64,000 nucleotides of DNA, taken from the sequence record OQ992558.1; one strand, written 5' to 3'. The translations under genes and the position numbers were made by a program. Shown here in pieces: positions 32,655 to 43,608 of the stretch (positions are counted from its first letter, which is position 1; each line of letters starts with the position of its first letter). The DNA is from Escherichia phage L14. The notes below the pieces were generated by a model, which saw only the letters and a list, made by a program, of their open reading frames with translations, was not told where the DNA came from and made no database searches.

Positions 32655-35639
32655 ATGGCTACTTTAAAACAAATACAATTTAAAAGAAGCAAAATTGCAG
32701 GTCAACGTCCTGCAGCTTCAGTATTAGCCGAAGGTGAATTGGCTATAAACTTAAAAGATAAAACAATTTTCACAAAAGATGACTCAGGTAGTGTTATAGA
32801 ATTAGGTTTAAAATATGGAGGAACAATTGATGGTTCTTTAACTGTTAATGGAAATATAATTGGAAATTTAACAGGTAACGCTGCAACTGCAACGAAATTA
32901 AAAACAGCACGAAAAATTAATGGTATATCCTTTGATGGGTCAAAAGATATCACGCTAACTCCATCTGACATAAATGTCAATAGCACAACGTTTATAAAAA
33001 ATAATGGCGAATTACCTGTTGATGCTAATTTAGATACGTATGGGCCTGTTGAAGAATATCTTGGAGTTTGGTCGAAAGCAACTTCAACCAACGCTCAACC
33101 AGCAAATAAATTTCCAGAAGAAAATGCTGTAGGTGTGCTAGAAGTATTTGTGGCCGGTCAATTTGCTGGTACTCAGAGATATACAACTAGATACGGAAAT
33201 GTTTATATTCGTTCCTTGACTGCTACATGGAACGGAGTAAATGGTCCGTGGAGTGTGTGGCGAAATATTCAATCCGGTACTCGTCCACTGTCAACAACAA
33301 TTGATCTTAATGATCTAGGAGGCGCTGAACACTTTGGTTTGTGGCGAAATAGTTCAAATTCCATTGCTACCTTTGACAGAAATTTCCCAGAAGAGGGGTC
33401 GTCAGCTCAAGGTCTTTTGGAAGTATATGAAGGTGGAAAATATTCTCGTACACAAAGATATACAACCAGATTTGGTGTTGTATATACTCGTTGTCTTGCT
33501 GCCGCGTGGGATGCTTCCGCGCCTAAATGGGGACCGTGGCAACAAGTCGGTAATGTCACACCAGCGACTTTCTATGACGGAGATCTGAATGATTTTAAAA
33601 CCCCTGGGTTATATAATATTTTAGGCACTGATGCCGTTATTAACTGTCCTACAGGTGAAGGTTTGCCGCCTGTTATTATTGGTTTACTGGAAGTTAAACA
33701 GCGTGCTTCCGGTGGTGCTATTTTCCAAAAATTTACTACTGCCGGAACGGGTGCAACTACTCGCGGACGTATTTTTGAGCGTGCATATACTGGTGGTGCG
33801 TGGGGCGCATGGAACGAAGTATATACATCTTATTCTCTGCCAATTACTTTGGGTATGGGTGGTATTAAAACTCAATTAGCGGAGCTAGATTGGCAAACAT
33901 TTGATTTTGTTCCTGGTAGTATGTTTAGCGTTCCTTTGAACAAAATAAAGAACATGCCAGCAAATATGGATTGGGGCACGATTGATGGAAACTTGATTAT
34001 GTTTTCCGTCGGTCCTAGCGAACACACTAGCACAGGGCGTACTGTTCAGGTTTGGCGTGGTACTGTATCCCAGACAAACTACCGTTATTTTGTCGTTCGT
34101 GTATTCGGTAATTCAGGAAATAGAGCTTGCACAGTTCGTCGTGTTGTTCTTGAAGATGGTCGCCACAAATGGACAGCGCAACAAGATTTTAATGGTGCTG
34201 TTAACTTCGGTGCTCCTACCAATTTTAACTCTACTGTTAACCTTAATAACACTACCACTTTTAAAACAGAAGTTAAATTTCGCTCATTGAATGCATTCCG
34301 TATGTATGGCGGAAAATTTGGTACATTTTTACGTAATGATGGAGAGAGTCTTTATATTCTTTCCACCGACGAAGATGATCAAGATGGAAACTTTAATACA
34401 AATAGACCTTTCCGTTATGAATTAAGAACTGGTGATGTTACTTTGGGTGGTGCTAGTGGTGCTAACGTTTTAAAATTAAAACGTGATTCTCTCACCGCAT
34501 TTTTTGGTGGTGATATTAACATGAAAGGCTTGATGACTTTTGACGCCGGACGTTTAGGATCACGAGATTATTTTAAATTTAACCATTGGGGTGATAGCAA
34601 TAACGCTCGTGATAACATTATTCAGTTAGAAGATAGCAAAGGCGTTCATTTTTCCACTGAACGTACTTTAGCGACTGGTGCAATTAAAACTAAATTCTTT
34701 GGTGAAGTTGAATCAACTGGTCGATTGACTATTAAACGTCCGGGTGATGCGATTGTATTATCGACTACAGCCAGCAACTCTTTGCATATTCGTGGTGACG
34801 TAGACGGGACTGGTAACTGGTATATTGGCAAGGGTGGTGCTGATAATGGATTAGCGTTCTATAGTTATGCTACTAATGCTGGTGTATACATTACAAACGG
34901 AGGGGATATCGCGCTAAGTCCAAAAGGTGTCGAAATGGCTCAGGTCAATAACGTTCGATTATATGTTCATGGTGAACGTTGGACCGCTAGTCAACCAGGT
35001 GATTGGGGTAGTCAGTGGCAAGTGGAAGCGCCAATATTCGTCGATCATGGTTATGTTTCACAGGATTGTTATTATCCAATTATTAAAGGAAGAAGTGTAA
35101 TCACCAATCAAGGGTATGTAACTGCCGTCGATCTTGGTATTCGTCGTGTCAATAACAATTGGGGACAAGCAATTATTCGTGTTGGATCTGCAGAGGCATC
35201 GCCAGCGGCTGGACACCCTAACGCGGTATTTGAATTTCATTACGACGGTACTTTCTATTCTCCTGGTAATGGTAATTTTAGCGATGTGTATATTCGTTCT
35301 GACTCCCGTCTCAAGATTAATAAAGAAGAATTAGAATATGGAGCGGTCGAAAAAGTTTGCCGACTAAAAGTTTATATTTACGATAAAGTTAAGTCTATTA
35401 AAGACCGTAGTGTTATTAAACGTGAAGTTGGTATTATTGCTCAGGACCTTGAAAAGGAATTGCCGGAAGCTGTATCTAAAGTTGAAGTTGATGGATCTGA
35501 TGTTCTGACAATTTCTAACTCTGCTGTGAATGCTCTTTTAATTAAGGCCATTCAGGAAATGAGCGAAGAAATTAAAGAATTGAAAACACCTTTCTTCACT
35601 AAAATTGCTCGCAAAATTAGTAATTATTTTAAATTCTAA
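32655..35639 (+). CDS. 37: long tail fibre distal subunit with C-terminal intramolecular chaperone domain
   Basis: 994 aa; C-terminal about 113 aa carries an S74-like SDxRxK motif (SDSRLK). Confidence 0.93.
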   Translation: MATLKQIQFKRSKIAGQRPAASVLAEGELAINLKDKTIFTKDDSGSVIELGLKYGGTIDGSLTVNGNIIGNLTGNAATATKLKTARKINGISFDGSKDITLTPSDINVNSTTFIKNNGELPVDANLDTYGPVEEYLGVWSKATSTNAQPANKFPEENAVGVLEVFVAGQFAGTQRYTTRYGNVYIRSLTATWNGVNGPWSVWRNIQSGTRPLSTTIDLNDLGGAEHFGLWRNSSNSIATFDRNFPEEGSSAQGLLEVYEGGKYSRTQRYTTRFGVVYTRCLAAAWDASAPKWGPWQQVGNVTPATFYDGDLNDFKTPGLYNILGTDAVINCPTGEGLPPVIIGLLEVKQRASGGAIFQKFTTAGTGATTRGRIFERAYTGGAWGAWNEVYTSYSLPITLGMGGIKTQLAELDWQTFDFVPGSMFSVPLNKIKNMPANMDWGTIDGNLIMFSVGPSEHTSTGRTVQVWRGTVSQTNYRYFVVRVFGNSGNRACTVRRVVLEDGRHKWTAQQDFNGAVNFGAPTNFNSTVNLNNTTTFKTEVKFRSLNAFRMYGGKFGTFLRNDGESLYILSTDEDDQDGNFNTNRPFRYELRTGDVTLGGASGANVLKLKRDSLTAFFGGDINMKGLMTFDAGRLGSRDYFKFNHWGDSNNARDNIIQLEDSKGVHFSTERTLATGAIKTKFFGEVESTGRLTIKRPGDAIVLSTTASNSLHIRGDVDGTGNWYIGKGGADNGLAFYSYATNAGVYITNGGDIALSPKGVEMAQVNNVRLYVHGERWTASQPGDWGSQWQVEAPIFVDHGYVSQDCYYPIIKGRSVITNQGYVTAVDLGIRRVNNNWGQAIIRVGSAEASPAAGHPNAVFEFHYDGTFYSPGNGNFSDVYIRSDSRLKINKEELEYGAVEKVCRLKVYIYDKVKSIKDRSVIKREVGIIAQDLEKELPEAVSKVEVDGSDVLTISNSAVNALLIKAIQEMSEEIKELKTPFFTKIARKISNYFKF
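35298..35636 (+). other. predicted self-cleaving intramolecular chaperone domain of gp37
   Basis: motif SDSRLK followed by a coiled-coil-like tail. Confidence 0.55.
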
Positions 35640-35671
35640 CAGCAGGGGGCTTTGCCCCTTTGGAGAAAATT

Positions 35672-36454
35672 ATGGCAGTAGTTGGTGTTCCTGGTTGGAT
35701 TGGTAGTTCATCCGTAAATGAAACAGGACAACGATGGATGAGTCAAGCGGCTGGTCAATTAAGATTGGGTATTCCTTGCTGGATGAGTCAATTTGCAGGT
35801 CGCTCAAGAGAAATTATTCACACGCTTGGAGCAGACCATAACTTCAATGGTCAATGGTTCCGAGATAGATGTTTTGAGGCAGGTAGTGCACCTATAGTGT
35901 TTAATATCACTGGAGATTTAGTATCATATTCTAAAGATGTTCCTTTATTCTTCATGTACGGAGATACACCGAATGAATATGTTCAGTTGAACATACATGG
36001 TGTAACGATGTATGGCCGTGGCGGGAATGGCGGTAGCAATAGTCCTGGCTCAGCTGGGGGTCATTGTATTCAAAATGATATTGGTGGGAGACTAAGAATT
36101 AATAATGGTGGAGCTATTGCTGGCGGCGGTGGCGGCGGGGGCGGCGGGTATTATTCTCCTTTTTCACAAATGAGATTGACCTTTGGCGGTGGCGGCGGTC
36201 GTCCGTTTGGCGCACCGGGCGGATCTATTGATATGCAATCAGGAGCAACTGCTGGTACTATTTCTGCGCCAGGCGCAGGGTCTGTGAACGGTATCTACAA
36301 CGGCGGGTCTGGTGGTGAAGTTGGCTCCGCAGGAGGTAGATGTAATATTCGTGGTCAAGGATATGAATACGATGGCGGAGCTGCTGGTTATGCCGTCATA
36401 GGGTCTACACCGACATGGCAAAACGTTGGAGCAATATATGGTCCAAGAGTATAA
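35672..36454 (+). CDS. 38: tail fibre adhesin gp38, T2-type with glycine-rich motifs
   Basis: 260 aa from ATG at 35672 (GGAG RBS); C-terminal half has GGGGGGGG and other poly-Gly segments separating variable stretches. Confidence 0.85.
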   Translation: MAVVGVPGWIGSSSVNETGQRWMSQAAGQLRLGIPCWMSQFAGRSREIIHTLGADHNFNGQWFRDRCFEAGSAPIVFNITGDLVSYSKDVPLFFMYGDTPNEYVQLNIHGVTMYGRGGNGGSNSPGSAGGHCIQNDIGGRLRINNGGAIAGGGGGGGGGYYSPFSQMRLTFGGGGGRPFGAPGGSIDMQSGATAGTISAPGAGSVNGIYNGGSGGEVGSAGGRCNIRGQGYEYDGGAAGYAVIGSTPTWQNVGAIYGPRV

Positions 36455-36486
36455 TTTTTGAATAAATACCCTTAAAAGGAGGGTCT

Positions 36487-37143
36487 ATGGCAGCACCTAG
36501 AATATCATTTTCGCCCTCTGATATTCTATTTGGTGTTCTAGATCGCTTGTTCAAAGATAACGCTACCGGGAAAGTTCTTGCTTCCCGGGTAGCTGTCGTA
36601 ATTCTTTTGTTTATGATGGCGATTGTTTGGTATAGGGGAGATAGTTTCTTTGAGTACTATAAGCAATCAAAGTATGAAACATACAGTGAAATTATTGAAA
36701 AGGAAAGAAATGCACGCTTTGAATCTGTCGCCCTGGAACAACTCCAGATAGTTCACATATCATCTGAGGCAGACTTTAGTGCGGTGTATTCTTTCCGCCC
36801 TAAAAACTTAAACTATTTTGTTGATATTATAGCATATGAAGGAAAATTACCTTCAACAATAAGTGAAAAATCACTTGGAGGATATCCTGTTGATAAAACT
36901 ATGGATGAATATACAGTTCATTTAAATGGACGTCATTATTATTCCGACTCAAAATTTGCTTTTTTACCAACTAAAAAGCCTACTCCCGAAATAAACTACA
37001 TGTACAGTTGTCCATATTTTAATTTGGATAATATCTATGCTGGAACGATAACCATGTACTGGTATAGAAATGATCATATAAGTAATGACCGCCTTGAATC
37101 AATATGTGCTCAGGCGGCCAGAATATTAGGAAGGGCTAAATAA
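36487..37143 (+). CDS. t: holin T (lysis timing, lysis inhibition target)
   Basis: 218 aa, recognised as T4 holin; single N-terminal TM and large periplasmic domain. Confidence 0.9.
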   Translation: MAAPRISFSPSDILFGVLDRLFKDNATGKVLASRVAVVILLFMMAIVWYRGDSFFEYYKQSKYETYSEIIEKERNARFESVALEQLQIVHISSEADFSAVYSFRPKNLNYFVDIIAYEGKLPSTISEKSLGGYPVDKTMDEYTVHLNGRHYYSDSKFAFLPTKKPTPEINYMYSCPYFNLDNIYAGTITMYWYRNDHISNDRLESICAQAARILGRAK

Positions 37144-37416
37144 TTATTTGTTCGTATACATTTCTAGATATCGATATACACCCTCAAAACCCTCGTTGAA
37201 TTCATCGATGAGGGTTTTCTTATCTTCTTGAGTTAATTCAGAAACAATTTTACGAAATGAATTCTGATTTAACTTTCTACCTTCATGCGTTACTCCAATC
37301 TCATTAAGAAATGCAATAAAATTAGCACGATTCTCAACAATATCTTCTCTGGAAAATTTAATCAAAATAGATGCAACAGTAATAATTTCACGAACTGTAT
37401 CAATGTTTTTATTCAT
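37144..37416 (-). CDS. asiA: anti-sigma70 factor AsiA
   Basis: 90 aa MNKNIDTVREIITVASILIKF..., recognised as T4 AsiA. Confidence 0.9.
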   Translation of the reverse strand: MNKNIDTVREIITVASILIKFSREDIVENRANFIAFLNEIGVTHEGRKLNQNSFRKIVSELTQEDKKTLIDEFNEGFEGVYRYLEMYTNK

Positions 37417-37577
37417 TAACTATACCACTCAATTAGTTGACTTTGTTATAATATCATCAGACGCTTGATTTGTAAACTGGTCTGTGTTATTTTCTTCAAA
37501 AATTTTTTCTACGAATTCCTTGAACGACTCGCGTTCCTGAGCTACATTATGCTCGATTACCTTTTCAAGATTATGAC

Positions 37578-37856
37578 TCATTCGAAATAATCTTCAATTT
37601 CGTAATCATGGACATAAATCATTATAGTTTTTAATACATCATCAATACTTTTTCCTGGAGCTGGAATTACGTAAAAATATCCTGCTTTTGAGAGGTCTTT
37701 ATAAGTTCCAATCAAGAAATCATTATTCTCAAGATGTAACTCTTCAACTAATTCATTGACAATTGAATGGTATAGGTTTGGTAGAAACTTATATAGCTTT
37801 TCTAGAATATCAATTTTGATTGTGTATTGAACCATGGACTGAGAATCAATAATCAT
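37578..37856 (-). CDS. arn: putative Arn (anti-restriction, McrBC inhibitor)
   Basis: 92 aa, size and position next to asiA as in T4; sequence identity not verified. Confidence 0.65.
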   Translation of the reverse strand: MIIDSQSMVQYTIKIDILEKLYKFLPNLYHSIVNELVEELHLENNDFLIGTYKDLSKAGYFYVIPAPGKSIDDVLKTIMIYVHDYEIEDYFE

Positions 37857-37933
37857 AGACCTTCCCCTTATGTTTCTGTTTGCGATTAGATTCTTTAAAC
37901 GCTTTCTTCTTATCCTTATGGACAGAAGCTTTA

Positions 37934-38158
37934 TTAAAATTGTGTTTTGCGACTAAATTGTTCATAGTGCTGAATTACCTCTCTCAAACACTTGCATGTG
38001 AATGAAAACTTTTTAGCTACACCACATTCAAATATATGTTCTCTTAAATCACGTGTGTCAGTATATCCCATCTCAACAATAAAATGTCTTATTAGATTTT
38101 TATCTTTATCATTGAGAGAATTAAAATAATCGGATTTTGAATTAATTTCCCTGGCCAA
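37934..38158 (-). CDS. hypothetical protein (74 aa)
   Basis: coding-strand ORF. Confidence 0.5.
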   Translation of the reverse strand: MAREINSKSDYFNSLNDKDKNLIRHFIVEMGYTDTRDLREHIFECGVAKKFSFTCKCLREVIQHYEQFSRKTQF

Positions 38159-38438
38159 ATTGAATCACCTTCAGTTGACGTTTTAGTTCTTTTATCATTT
38201 CTTCGTTCATCGCAATATAAAGATCGCGTAAAGCAGGTTTTAACATTCCATTTACTGGAGAACTAAATGGACATACATAATCTTTTCCTACGAGCTTTTT
38301 GGTGAATTCCATATCACAGAACTGAAATGCCGGTTCATTGGCATAAATTCCCCAATTAGTTGACATCATTTTATTGGCATATTCCAACGCCTGGATTTGA
38401 TTCTTAATTCCATCAATTTGAAACTTTTTAATATTCAT
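38142..38438 (-). CDS. hypothetical protein (98 aa)
   Basis: coding-strand ORF. Confidence 0.5.
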   Translation of the reverse strand: MNIKKFQIDGIKNQIQALEYANKMMSTNWGIYANEPAFQFCDMEFTKKLVGKDYVCPFSSPVNGMLKPALRDLYIAMNEEMIKELKRQLKVIQFGQGN

Positions 38439-38899
38439 TAGTAAAGGTCCTCAGAGTAAAGTTCTTTTTCACTACCACCGCGTTCAATACGTACTTGTCC
38501 GGCGTAAGTTGCAATAATCATTGCTTCTTCACGTGTCCAGTAATTGCTATACTGATCAATAAACCCTTGGTCATCATCACAAACTTGCTGAGTAACTAAT
38601 TGGGGTTTAACTACATCTAAAACTTCTGCCATATCTTTAGAATAATGACGAGCACCTGGAATAACAAGAGTTCGTCCATCTTTTAATTTAAAACGGTTGG
38701 CGGCACAAACAATTCGTCGTTGATACTTTTGGTTTTCATCCCAGTATGCGGTCTGCCAACAGATTTCAGGAACTTCTTTTAGAATATCTTCTTCTGTGCA
38801 TTTATAACCATGCGCTTTAAATTTTTCAACAAGACTTTCTGGAGTTTCACGACATAAAGGAACATTCAGCATTTTTAAACGATTAATAAATGGGTTCAT
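38438..38899 (-). CDS. hypothetical protein (153 aa)
   Basis: coding-strand ORF. Confidence 0.55.
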   Translation of the reverse strand: MNPFINRLKMLNVPLCRETPESLVEKFKAHGYKCTEEDILKEVPEICWQTAYWDENQKYQRRIVCAANRFKLKDGRTLVIPGARHYSKDMAEVLDVVKPQLVTQQVCDDDQGFIDQYSNYWTREEAMIIATYAGQVRIERGGSEKELYSEDLY

Positions 38900-39225
38900 T
38901 TAAACCATCCTTTAATACGTTGCCATAAAGTTTTCTGTTGAGCTTTGTTAACACCAATTGAACGAATAACTGGTTGAGATTCCTGAAATTCTTTATAATC
39001 AGCAAGGTAAATTTCGTAAGCTGCATCCGTAAATGAACTTATCGCTGCCATAAAATTATTGCGAATACCTACTGGAGCATCTTTACTTTCACGAATAATC
39101 ATGTATTTACCAGTCTTAATCTTTACGATAGTTCCAAGATAAGCTCCATGGTACCAGATGTCCCAACCCTCTTGAGTAGGTTCTACACAACGACGAAGTT
39201 CATTGACAATTTCTAACTTGTTCAT
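38896..39225 (-). CDS. hypothetical protein (109 aa)
   Basis: coding-strand ORF. Confidence 0.55.
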   Translation of the reverse strand: MNKLEIVNELRRCVEPTQEGWDIWYHGAYLGTIVKIKTGKYMIIRESKDAPVGIRNNFMAAISSFTDAAYEIYLADYKEFQESQPVIRSIGVNKAQQKTLWQRIKGWFK

Positions 39226-39235
39226 TATTTATTCC

Positions 39236-39871
39236 TCACAGTTCAGATGCTACAGTGATTACAGCTTCAATGTTTTCTGCCGAGCGTTTAATGTCAAGAT
39301 ACACATTACCGTTTTTAGCGATTTTACATGACATTCCGATATCAGTAAATTTCTGAATATGGTGTTCCATCATTTTGTATCCAAAAATTCGCATATTTCC
39401 GTTGTTGTTAATTTCAAAATTGCGAATTCCGTGAGTACGTTTTTCTAAAATAGCAAGATAGTTACTGCGGTAAGTTTCAACTTTTTTAAGAACAAATCCA
39501 TTTTCATCTAAAAGTTTTAGCATAAGGTCTTTATCTTCTTCCATATCGGAAGTAATCTCACGAGCTTTACGAGTTGCTCGTTTTTTCAGTAGTTCAGGAG
39601 CATTTTCCTGTGCATATAAAGTTGCTGCATTTGAAATAATATCCTGAGCTTCTCCTGTAATGATTAATCCATCACCAGATTTCTCTACCAGACCTTTTTT
39701 AATCAATACCCCAATATTACTATTAACTACTGCATTACCTAAATCTGGATGCACCTCACGAACTTCTGCAGCTGTAATGAAATCTTTCTTAGCAATGGTA
39801 ATTAAAATCGCAGCAGTTTTTTCATTCAGAACATCGTTAGAAGCTTTGATGATGTAAGTTACTTTAGACAT
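39236..39871 (-). CDS. motA: middle-transcription activator MotA
   Basis: 211 aa, recognised as T4 MotA; GGAG RBS; early promoter upstream. Confidence 0.9.
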   Translation of the reverse strand: MSKVTYIIKASNDVLNEKTAAILITIAKKDFITAAEVREVHPDLGNAVVNSNIGVLIKKGLVEKSGDGLIITGEAQDIISNAATLYAQENAPELLKKRATRKAREITSDMEEDKDLMLKLLDENGFVLKKVETYRSNYLAILEKRTHGIRNFEINNNGNMRIFGYKMMEHHIQKFTDIGMSCKIAKNGNVYLDIKRSAENIEAVITVASEL

Positions 39872-39908
39872 TTTAATCTCCGTTTCAGTTCATTTATTTG
39901 ATAGGTCT

Positions 39909-39937
39909 ATAGTATCACGTTTAAAGCAGAAGTAAAC
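39909..39937 (-). promoter_or_regulatory. T4-type early promoter for motA
   Basis: minus strand GTTTAC-17nt-TACTAT. Confidence 0.5.
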
Positions 39938-39976
39938 ACTTTTTTGCACTATTTTTCAAGAGCTCTAATAAAGTAC

Positions 39977-40204
39977 TTACTTAATGTTCAGATTACGAAC
40001 TTCGATTTCGTCTTCATGGGCAAAATCAAACTGTTTGAATTCTGTGTCACCTTTAAATTTAAAAATCATTGTGAAGAAAGTCAGAACACCAGGTTTTTCT
40101 TCACGAACTCCACAAATATCATATTCAATACCATCTACAACCAGTTTGTTAGCAGTCAGAGCATTTTTAGCTTTAACGATTTCGTTTTCGATTTTAAATT
40201 TCAT
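39977..40204 (-). CDS. hypothetical protein (75 aa)
   Basis: coding-strand ORF with GGAG RBS. Confidence 0.55.
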   Translation of the reverse strand: MKFKIENEIVKAKNALTANKLVVDGIEYDICGVREEKPGVLTFFTMIFKFKGDTEFKQFDFAHEDEIEVRNLNIK

Positions 40205-40253
40205 TTTTTGTATCTCCGGGTTGTTTGTTTCAGTTCATTTATTTGATAGTTGT

Positions 40254-40283
40254 ATAGTACCATAAAGCTTTATGCTTGTAAAC
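40254..40283 (-). promoter_or_regulatory. T4-type early promoter
   Basis: minus strand GTTTAC-18nt-TGGTACTAT. Confidence 0.5.
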
Positions 40284-40300
40284 CGTTTTGTGAAAAAATT

Positions 40301-40333
40301 TTGAAATAAAAAAGGGAGAGCCGAGGCTCTCCC
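40301..40333 (-). terminator. rho-independent terminator after the gene 52 operon
   Basis: GGGAGAGCC-loop-GGCUCUCCC stem followed by UUUUUUAUUU on minus strand. Confidence 0.6.
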
Positions 40334-40338
40334 TAAAA

Positions 40339-40488
40339 TTACTGCATGACTGTGATAACTGTCATGATAACACGTTGAATTCCGAACGCAAGAAGACCTC
40401 CTGCTACGGCAGGAACAACACCTAAACCCGACAGTAAAATGCCACCAGATACTAATGCAGCGCTTGTAATACCTATGAATGGACTCAT
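40339..40488 (-). CDS. small hydrophobic protein (49 aa)
   Basis: not in ORF track (under 60 aa); ATG overlaps gene 52 stop (ATGA); two predicted TM segments. Confidence 0.4.
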   Translation of the reverse strand: MSPFIGITSAALVSGGILLSGLGVVPAVAGGLLAFGIQRVIMTVITVMQ

Positions 40489-41813
40489 TTGATTTCCTCT
40501 AAATCTTTGGTGTATTCTGTAACTACATCAGTAGTTTTCCAATATTCGTTTTCTTCTTTTTTAGCTTTAGCTTCTTCAGCAAGTTTCTTTGCTTCGTCGG
40601 AAGTCATATGAAAAATATTCATTCCAACTAGTTTATCAACATAAGAAGAATACATATCAATTTTAGAAAGTTCTTCGGTCAGTTCTTTGCGAGTTTTACC
40701 CTGCACAACAATTTCACCTGAAATTACTTTCTTAATGAAATGTGCCTTGGCAAAAGCTAAACGAAATGCTGATTCAGTTTCTTTGATTTTGTTATCAATT
40801 CGTTTTTGGACATAAGTTTTACGAACTTCAACGAAGTCTTTGATTAAATCAACTACATTATCGTAAACTTGCAGCTTTCCTTTCTCATTAATGACGGTAA
40901 TATTCTGGGAACGACGCTCAATCAACCCGAAGTCTTTCATAATTTTTGCATGGCGTTCTTCTTCATTATCGCTTAAGGAATATTCTTTTCGGAATTTAAC
41001 TTTGAAGCCAAAGCCATGCTCACCACAAGCATCATCCCATGTAATGAAGCCTTTATCTTCAAGCGGGTCTAAGATTTTACTCACATAAGTTTCACGATCA
41101 TACTTATATGGAATCTCAGTGATATGCATTTGAGTTCGTGAAGTAAACTTATATGTTCCACGAATTTCATATTGCCCATCAATTTCAACGACTTCACCAC
41201 GAAATTCTGGGAATTCTACCTTCGGTTTAGTTACTTTCTTTCCTTGAAGAGCTTGCAGTACAGCTTTCTTGACAGAAGAAACACTATGAGGAAGAATGTA
41301 AGTTGCATAACCAGTTGCAATACCGGAAACGCCATTAAGAAGAACAGTAGGAATAATAGGCAAATAGAAAGCAGGCGGAATGTGTTCTTTATCTTGATGT
41401 ACTGGAGCATATTCAGTATCTTTATATACGTTATAGAAATTTTTACTTACACGAGCAAAAATATAACGACTTGCTGCTGCCTTTTGGACAGTACGAGAAC
41501 CAAAGTTTCCTTGACCGTCTAACAGAGGAAAGTTATTATTCCAAGTGTTAGCCATCAAAGCACCTGCGTCTTGCGCAGAGTTTTCACCATGATGATATCC
41601 AAGGTCCGCTACACCGCCTGCGATAGAAGCGAGTTTGTGAAACTTATCTTTATTTCCTCGTGCCAAATCAAGAGCTCGAGCAATAACAAATCGTTGAACT
41701 GGCTTAAATCCGTCAATCATATTTGGAATGGCACGATTTTCAACCGTGTACATAGCATAAGCCAATGCTTCATTATCAATGATACTTTTTAAATCACGAT
41801 TATTCAGTTGCAT
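40485..41813 (-). CDS. 52: DNA topoisomerase II medium subunit (GyrA-like)
   Basis: 442 aa, recognised as T4 gp52. Confidence 0.93.
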   Translation of the reverse strand: MQLNNRDLKSIIDNEALAYAMYTVENRAIPNMIDGFKPVQRFVIARALDLARGNKDKFHKLASIAGGVADLGYHHGENSAQDAGALMANTWNNNFPLLDGQGNFGSRTVQKAAASRYIFARVSKNFYNVYKDTEYAPVHQDKEHIPPAFYLPIIPTVLLNGVSGIATGYATYILPHSVSSVKKAVLQALQGKKVTKPKVEFPEFRGEVVEIDGQYEIRGTYKFTSRTQMHITEIPYKYDRETYVSKILDPLEDKGFITWDDACGEHGFGFKVKFRKEYSLSDNEEERHAKIMKDFGLIERRSQNITVINEKGKLQVYDNVVDLIKDFVEVRKTYVQKRIDNKIKETESAFRLAFAKAHFIKKVISGEIVVQGKTRKELTEELSKIDMYSSYVDKLVGMNIFHMTSDEAKKLAEEAKAKKEENEYWKTTDVVTEYTKDLEEIK

Positions 41814-41950
41814 AAATTTACCATACTAGTGAATGTAGTGCCATAATAACATCAGAAATGAAAAGCACGACTTGAATTAATCCGAACATTATTCCGTAAT
41901 ATAATGCTATCAATAAAATAGCAAGGGCTAATGAATAGCCCAAGATTTTC

Positions 41951-42109
41951 TTAATCATTAGTAGATAACAACACAAATGTTAAATATGCACACATACCCT
42001 GAGCTAAAGCTTGCGAAAACACACTGCTGGCATCAATACAGATAGTTAAAACACATGCTACTATCCAACAAATAAATGAAATAACTCCTAATAATTTTGC
42101 GATATTCAT
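41951..42109 (-). CDS. ac: small membrane protein (52 aa), ac-like
   Basis: not in ORF track; ATG with GAGGAAAAT RBS overlapping stp stop; hydrophobic; size and position match T4 ac, sequence identity not verified. Confidence 0.55.
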   Translation of the reverse strand: MNIAKLLGVISFICWIVACVLTICIDASSVFSQALAQGMCAYLTFVLLSTND

Positions 42110-42116
42110 ATTTTCC

Positions 42117-42197
42117 TCACTGGCGTCCGAAGACGCCTTTAGTTTTAAGATTATTACGATAGAACTGCATCACGTGTTCGTTGTGGAAATTACTCAT
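42117..42197 (-). CDS. stp: Stp peptide (26 aa), activator of host anticodon nuclease PrrC
   Basis: not in ORF track; translation [26 protein letters not shown] matches my memory of T4 Stp; ATG overlaps ndd stop. Confidence 0.8.
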
Positions 42198-42655
42198 TAA
42201 TATGCCTGCAAAACGAATTTAAAATTATCAGCCAACATACGGTTCATTTCTTCAAGTGTTTGATACTCAGAATGATGATTACGAGTAAACGCTAAAGCTA
42301 ACTGTCCTTTTCCAAATCCCGTCGTCAGAGGTTTCATCTTAGAAGCAGGCAGATAAAATACTGTGTATGGAACATTGTTATTTGCAATAGTACGTGCAAG
42401 CTGAGACCGACGTTGACGAATATGACTTAGAACTGCACTGAATCCTTGCTTAGAACGCTGATTACCTACATAAAATCGTGCAGACACGCATGGATTACTA
42501 AATGGACGACCATCTAATTTACTCACTAAAAAGTAAAATCCAGGTTTAGATAAAAAGTCTTTATGCGGAGTTCCCAAAAACCATTCACCGTTCTTGATTG
42601 TACCAATAACGGTAGCGCCCGCATTATTCAGATCAGTAACAGTCATGTATTTCAT
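42197..42655 (-). CDS. ndd: nucleoid disruption protein Ndd
   Basis: from internal ATG ([16 protein letters not shown]...) with GAGGA RBS; ORF-track start is a GTG extension. Confidence 0.8.
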
Positions 42656-42715
42656 ATTAATTTCCTCTAAATTATTTTCTACTCCAAGGCCGCATGAATA
42701 CACACGGCCATTAAA

Positions 42716-42931
42716 TTAATCGTCGCAGTCGACGCTCAATTCCCAAAACTCTTCTACAGTATAAGTTTCAGTATCATTTTCAATACAGAAACGTTCATTA
42801 CTATTATTTGCTAAAGTAGCATTAACTGTCGGTTTCTCGCTAGTGCTCTTAAGAGGTGAAATACGAATTAACTGATCACCGTTATCTAAACAGAAAATTT
42901 CACCAACTTTTACATCTTTAAAACTTTTCAT
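42716..42931 (-). CDS. hypothetical protein (71 aa)
   Basis: coding-strand ORF. Confidence 0.5.
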   Translation of the reverse strand: MKSFKDVKVGEIFCLDNGDQLIRISPLKSTSEKPTVNATLANNSNERFCIENDTETYTVEEFWELSVDCDD

Positions 42932-43046
42932 AATTCACCTCAAGGAGTATAAAATCCGAATGCAGTTGTTGACCATCCCATCCAGTATAGGAAATTTGCA
43001 CCAATGTAAAACATAAGAATATAAAACCAACCGCTCAGCAAATTCA

Positions 43047-43265
43047 TTATTTTACACCATTCCAAATTGTTTCAACCACGGATTTTAAACCATTTTGATG
43101 AATATCAATTCCGACTACTGTCATCAAATAGATTCCAACCACAACTGAACCCAAGGCGAAAATCAGCATGAAAATGAATAAAGCCGGAAAAATATTATCG
43201 AAAAACCATTCAATAAATGTAAAAGCACTGCGTTTACGCTTCATATTTTCCTCACATAAATCCAA
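43047..43265 (-). CDS. small membrane protein (72 aa)
   Basis: coding-strand ORF with hydrophobic segments. Confidence 0.5.
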   Translation of the reverse strand: MDLCEENMKRKRSAFTFIEWFFDNIFPALFIFMLIFALGSVVVGIYLMTVVGIDIHQNGLKSVVETIWNGVK

Positions 43266-43365
43266 AGTAAGCGTTTAATACATCAATCATTAAAACGATT
43301 GGGAATATACTCAAAACTATTAGTATTATAACTACATTCCATATAGCTTTAATAATCTTTTTCAT
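43252..43365 (-). CDS. small membrane peptide (37 aa)
   Basis: internal ATG with GGAGG RBS; longer ORF-track version overlaps an early promoter. Confidence 0.4.
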   Translation of the reverse strand: MKKIIKAIWNVVIILIVLSIFPIVLMIDVLNAYFGFM

Positions 43366-43393
43366 TTTCTGTTCCTCCGTAGTTGATAGAGTA

Positions 43394-43423
43394 ATAGTAC
43401 CACGGAAGAACAGTCTTGTAAAC
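43394..43423 (-). promoter_or_regulatory. T4-type early promoter
   Basis: minus strand GTTTAC-18nt-TACTAT. Confidence 0.5.
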
Positions 43424-43608
43424 AACTTTTTTAAAAATATTCGTAATAAATGTGAATACCAACTACTACCGCTGAAACCTGTGCAACCCACCACGCGCAA
43501 GCAATAAGTACAGAATTCAAAATTTTCATAATAACCTCATTACAAAAGTAAATGTTAAACAAATTACTGGAATACTAATTAACCAAACAAAACACCACCA
43601 TAATGAAC

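Noticed and set aside
36100-36240. GGC/GGT-rich simple-sequence stretch that could look like a microsatellite or array
   Set aside because: It is in frame within gp38 and encodes the poly-glycine motifs; no spacer-repeat architecture, so not a CRISPR array.
28356-36421. Minus-strand ORFs within the tail-fibre genes (28356..28598, 30668..30859, 32217..32450, 32702..33091, 33684..33875, 34646..34831, 35058..35240, 36239..36421)
   Set aside because: Antisense to the long tail-fibre reading frames, whose codon bias leaves long open antisense frames; no RBS.
36455-36486. Possible late promoter upstream of holin t (AATAAATA)
   Set aside because: One mismatch to the strictly conserved TATAAATA late-promoter box, so not called; t may be read through from the gene 38 transcript.
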